Assembly (NCBI RefSeq): GCF_036321535.1
Contig: NC_087437.1
Coordinates: forward strand, 121,646,001-121,710,000
Direction of reading: 5' to 3'
Source of the DNA: Camelus dromedarius
Taxonomy: Eukaryota
DNA length: 64,000 nucleotides
The translations under genes were made by a program, and so were the position numbers. The notes under the pieces were generated by a model, which was given only the letters and a program-made list of their open reading frames with translations, was not told where the DNA came from and did no database searches. The stretch's first letter is position 1; each line of letters starts with the position of its first letter. Below, piece after piece: positions 63,200 through 64,000 of the stretch.

Positions 63200-64000
63200 C
63201 CATCTGCCAGAAGCGTTTCAGGCGGCGGTGCTCCGTGGGGAGCCGGGCATGGGGAGCTCGACCGTCCAGGCCCCAGCCCCGGGCGGAGGCAAGGCGGGGT
63301 GAGCTGCCGCGGCGCCCACGAGGCGGGGCAGGAGGACCCCAGCTTCCTCCTCCTCCATCCGCTGTCCCTTGTCCAGGAACGTCTTTGTTCAAATCGCCCG
63401 CCTTCCCGCTGACCCCACGGAACTCGGCCTGAGGGCGAATCCCCTTGTTGGGGTCACCTTCCCGAATAAAGGCCAGGCTGGACACACTGCGTGTGCGCGG
63501 ACCTTGCCCCGGGTTTGCAGCCCTGAACCCCATGCGCCGCCTCGGGCAGGCAGCGGGCAGCTCCTACCGGGGCGGGGGCAGGTCACGCTGCCTGGGGACT
63601 GGGGGTGGGGGGAGAAAGAGCGGCTGCAGCACAGGGGTGCTAGGACCCGGGGAACAGCCGGTGACCAGATCCCGGGTCCGCACCCCGCTCTGCTCCGCGT
63701 GTATTCGGCGCCCCAGGCCCCAGCACCGCGCACCCCGCCCGACCCGGGCCGCGGGCCTCGGGCCCCACCCTGCCCTCTGCCCCGCCCCCTTCCCGCCCAC
63801 TGCCCTGGCCCGTCCCTGCTCCCTGCGGCCTACCCGCCCCGCCCCCTGACCAGCCCCGCCCCCGGCCTGGTCCCGGCGGCGGCCAGAGCGCGGCTGGCCG
63901 AGCGGGTGCACCGTGGTGGAGGGCGCAGCATCCCGCGGTACAGACGCTCCGGCCCGCCGAGCATGGCGCCGAGGTGCGGGCCGTGCGGGCTGCGGGCGGG
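63200..64000 (+). promoter_or_regulatory. CpG island, TATA-less GC-box promoter and 5'UTR (COL18A1 promoter 1)
   Basis: Very high GC and CpG density. Repeated GGGCGG/CCGCCC Sp1/KLF boxes (e.g. ~63570, 63734, 63781, 63833, 63855) lie directly before the ATG at 63963. Confidence 0.85.
63963..63973 (+). CDS. COL18A1: Coding part of exon 1 (M-A-P-R, 11 nt) of collagen XVIII alpha-1, short isoform; intron 1 starts at 63974
   Basis: ATGGCGCCGAG in strong Kozak context (A at -3, G at +4), followed by donor GTGCGG, inside a CpG island. The upstream 'gcagcatcccgcgg...gagcATGGCGCCGAG' matches my recollection of the human short-isoform 5' end (protein MAPRCPWPW...), whose exon 1 contributes 11 coding nt (Knobloch mutation c.12-2A>T is at the exon 2 acceptor). 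Not confirmed by search. Confidence 0.8.

Overview
Mammalian genomic DNA, GC-rich and subtelomere-like. It is most likely a camelid (camel/alpaca/llama), inferred from five tRNA-derived SINEs matching the camelid Vic-1 pattern and from young artiodactyl-type L1 3' ends. About 63 kb is non-coding and full of interspersed repeats: L1 of several ages, MaLR/MLT1 LTRs, ERV1 solo LTRs, SINEs, MIR/L2 and microsatellites. The last ~800 bp are a CpG-island promoter. It ends in an 11-nt coding first exon (ATGGCGCCGAG|GTGCGG) that I recognise from memory as exon 1 of the short isoform of COL18A1, so the window is probably the intergenic region upstream of COL18A1. Almost all ORFs in the supplied track are GC-rich noise or repeat-derived. 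I found no new multi-gene biological system. The most notable observations are: (i) a chimeric retro-insertion at ~56.3-57.0 kb that appears to carry a captured exon with intact splice sites; (ii) a near-perfect 103-bp tandem duplication abutting an NRF2/AP-1 site; (iii) two sense-oriented solo LTRs 2-3.5 kb upstream of the COL18A1 start; (iv) patchy AT-to-GC erosion of old repeats; (v) several nested insertions with readable TSDs and a few candidate enhancer motif clusters. Repeat family names come from recalled consensus sequences, not a database search.
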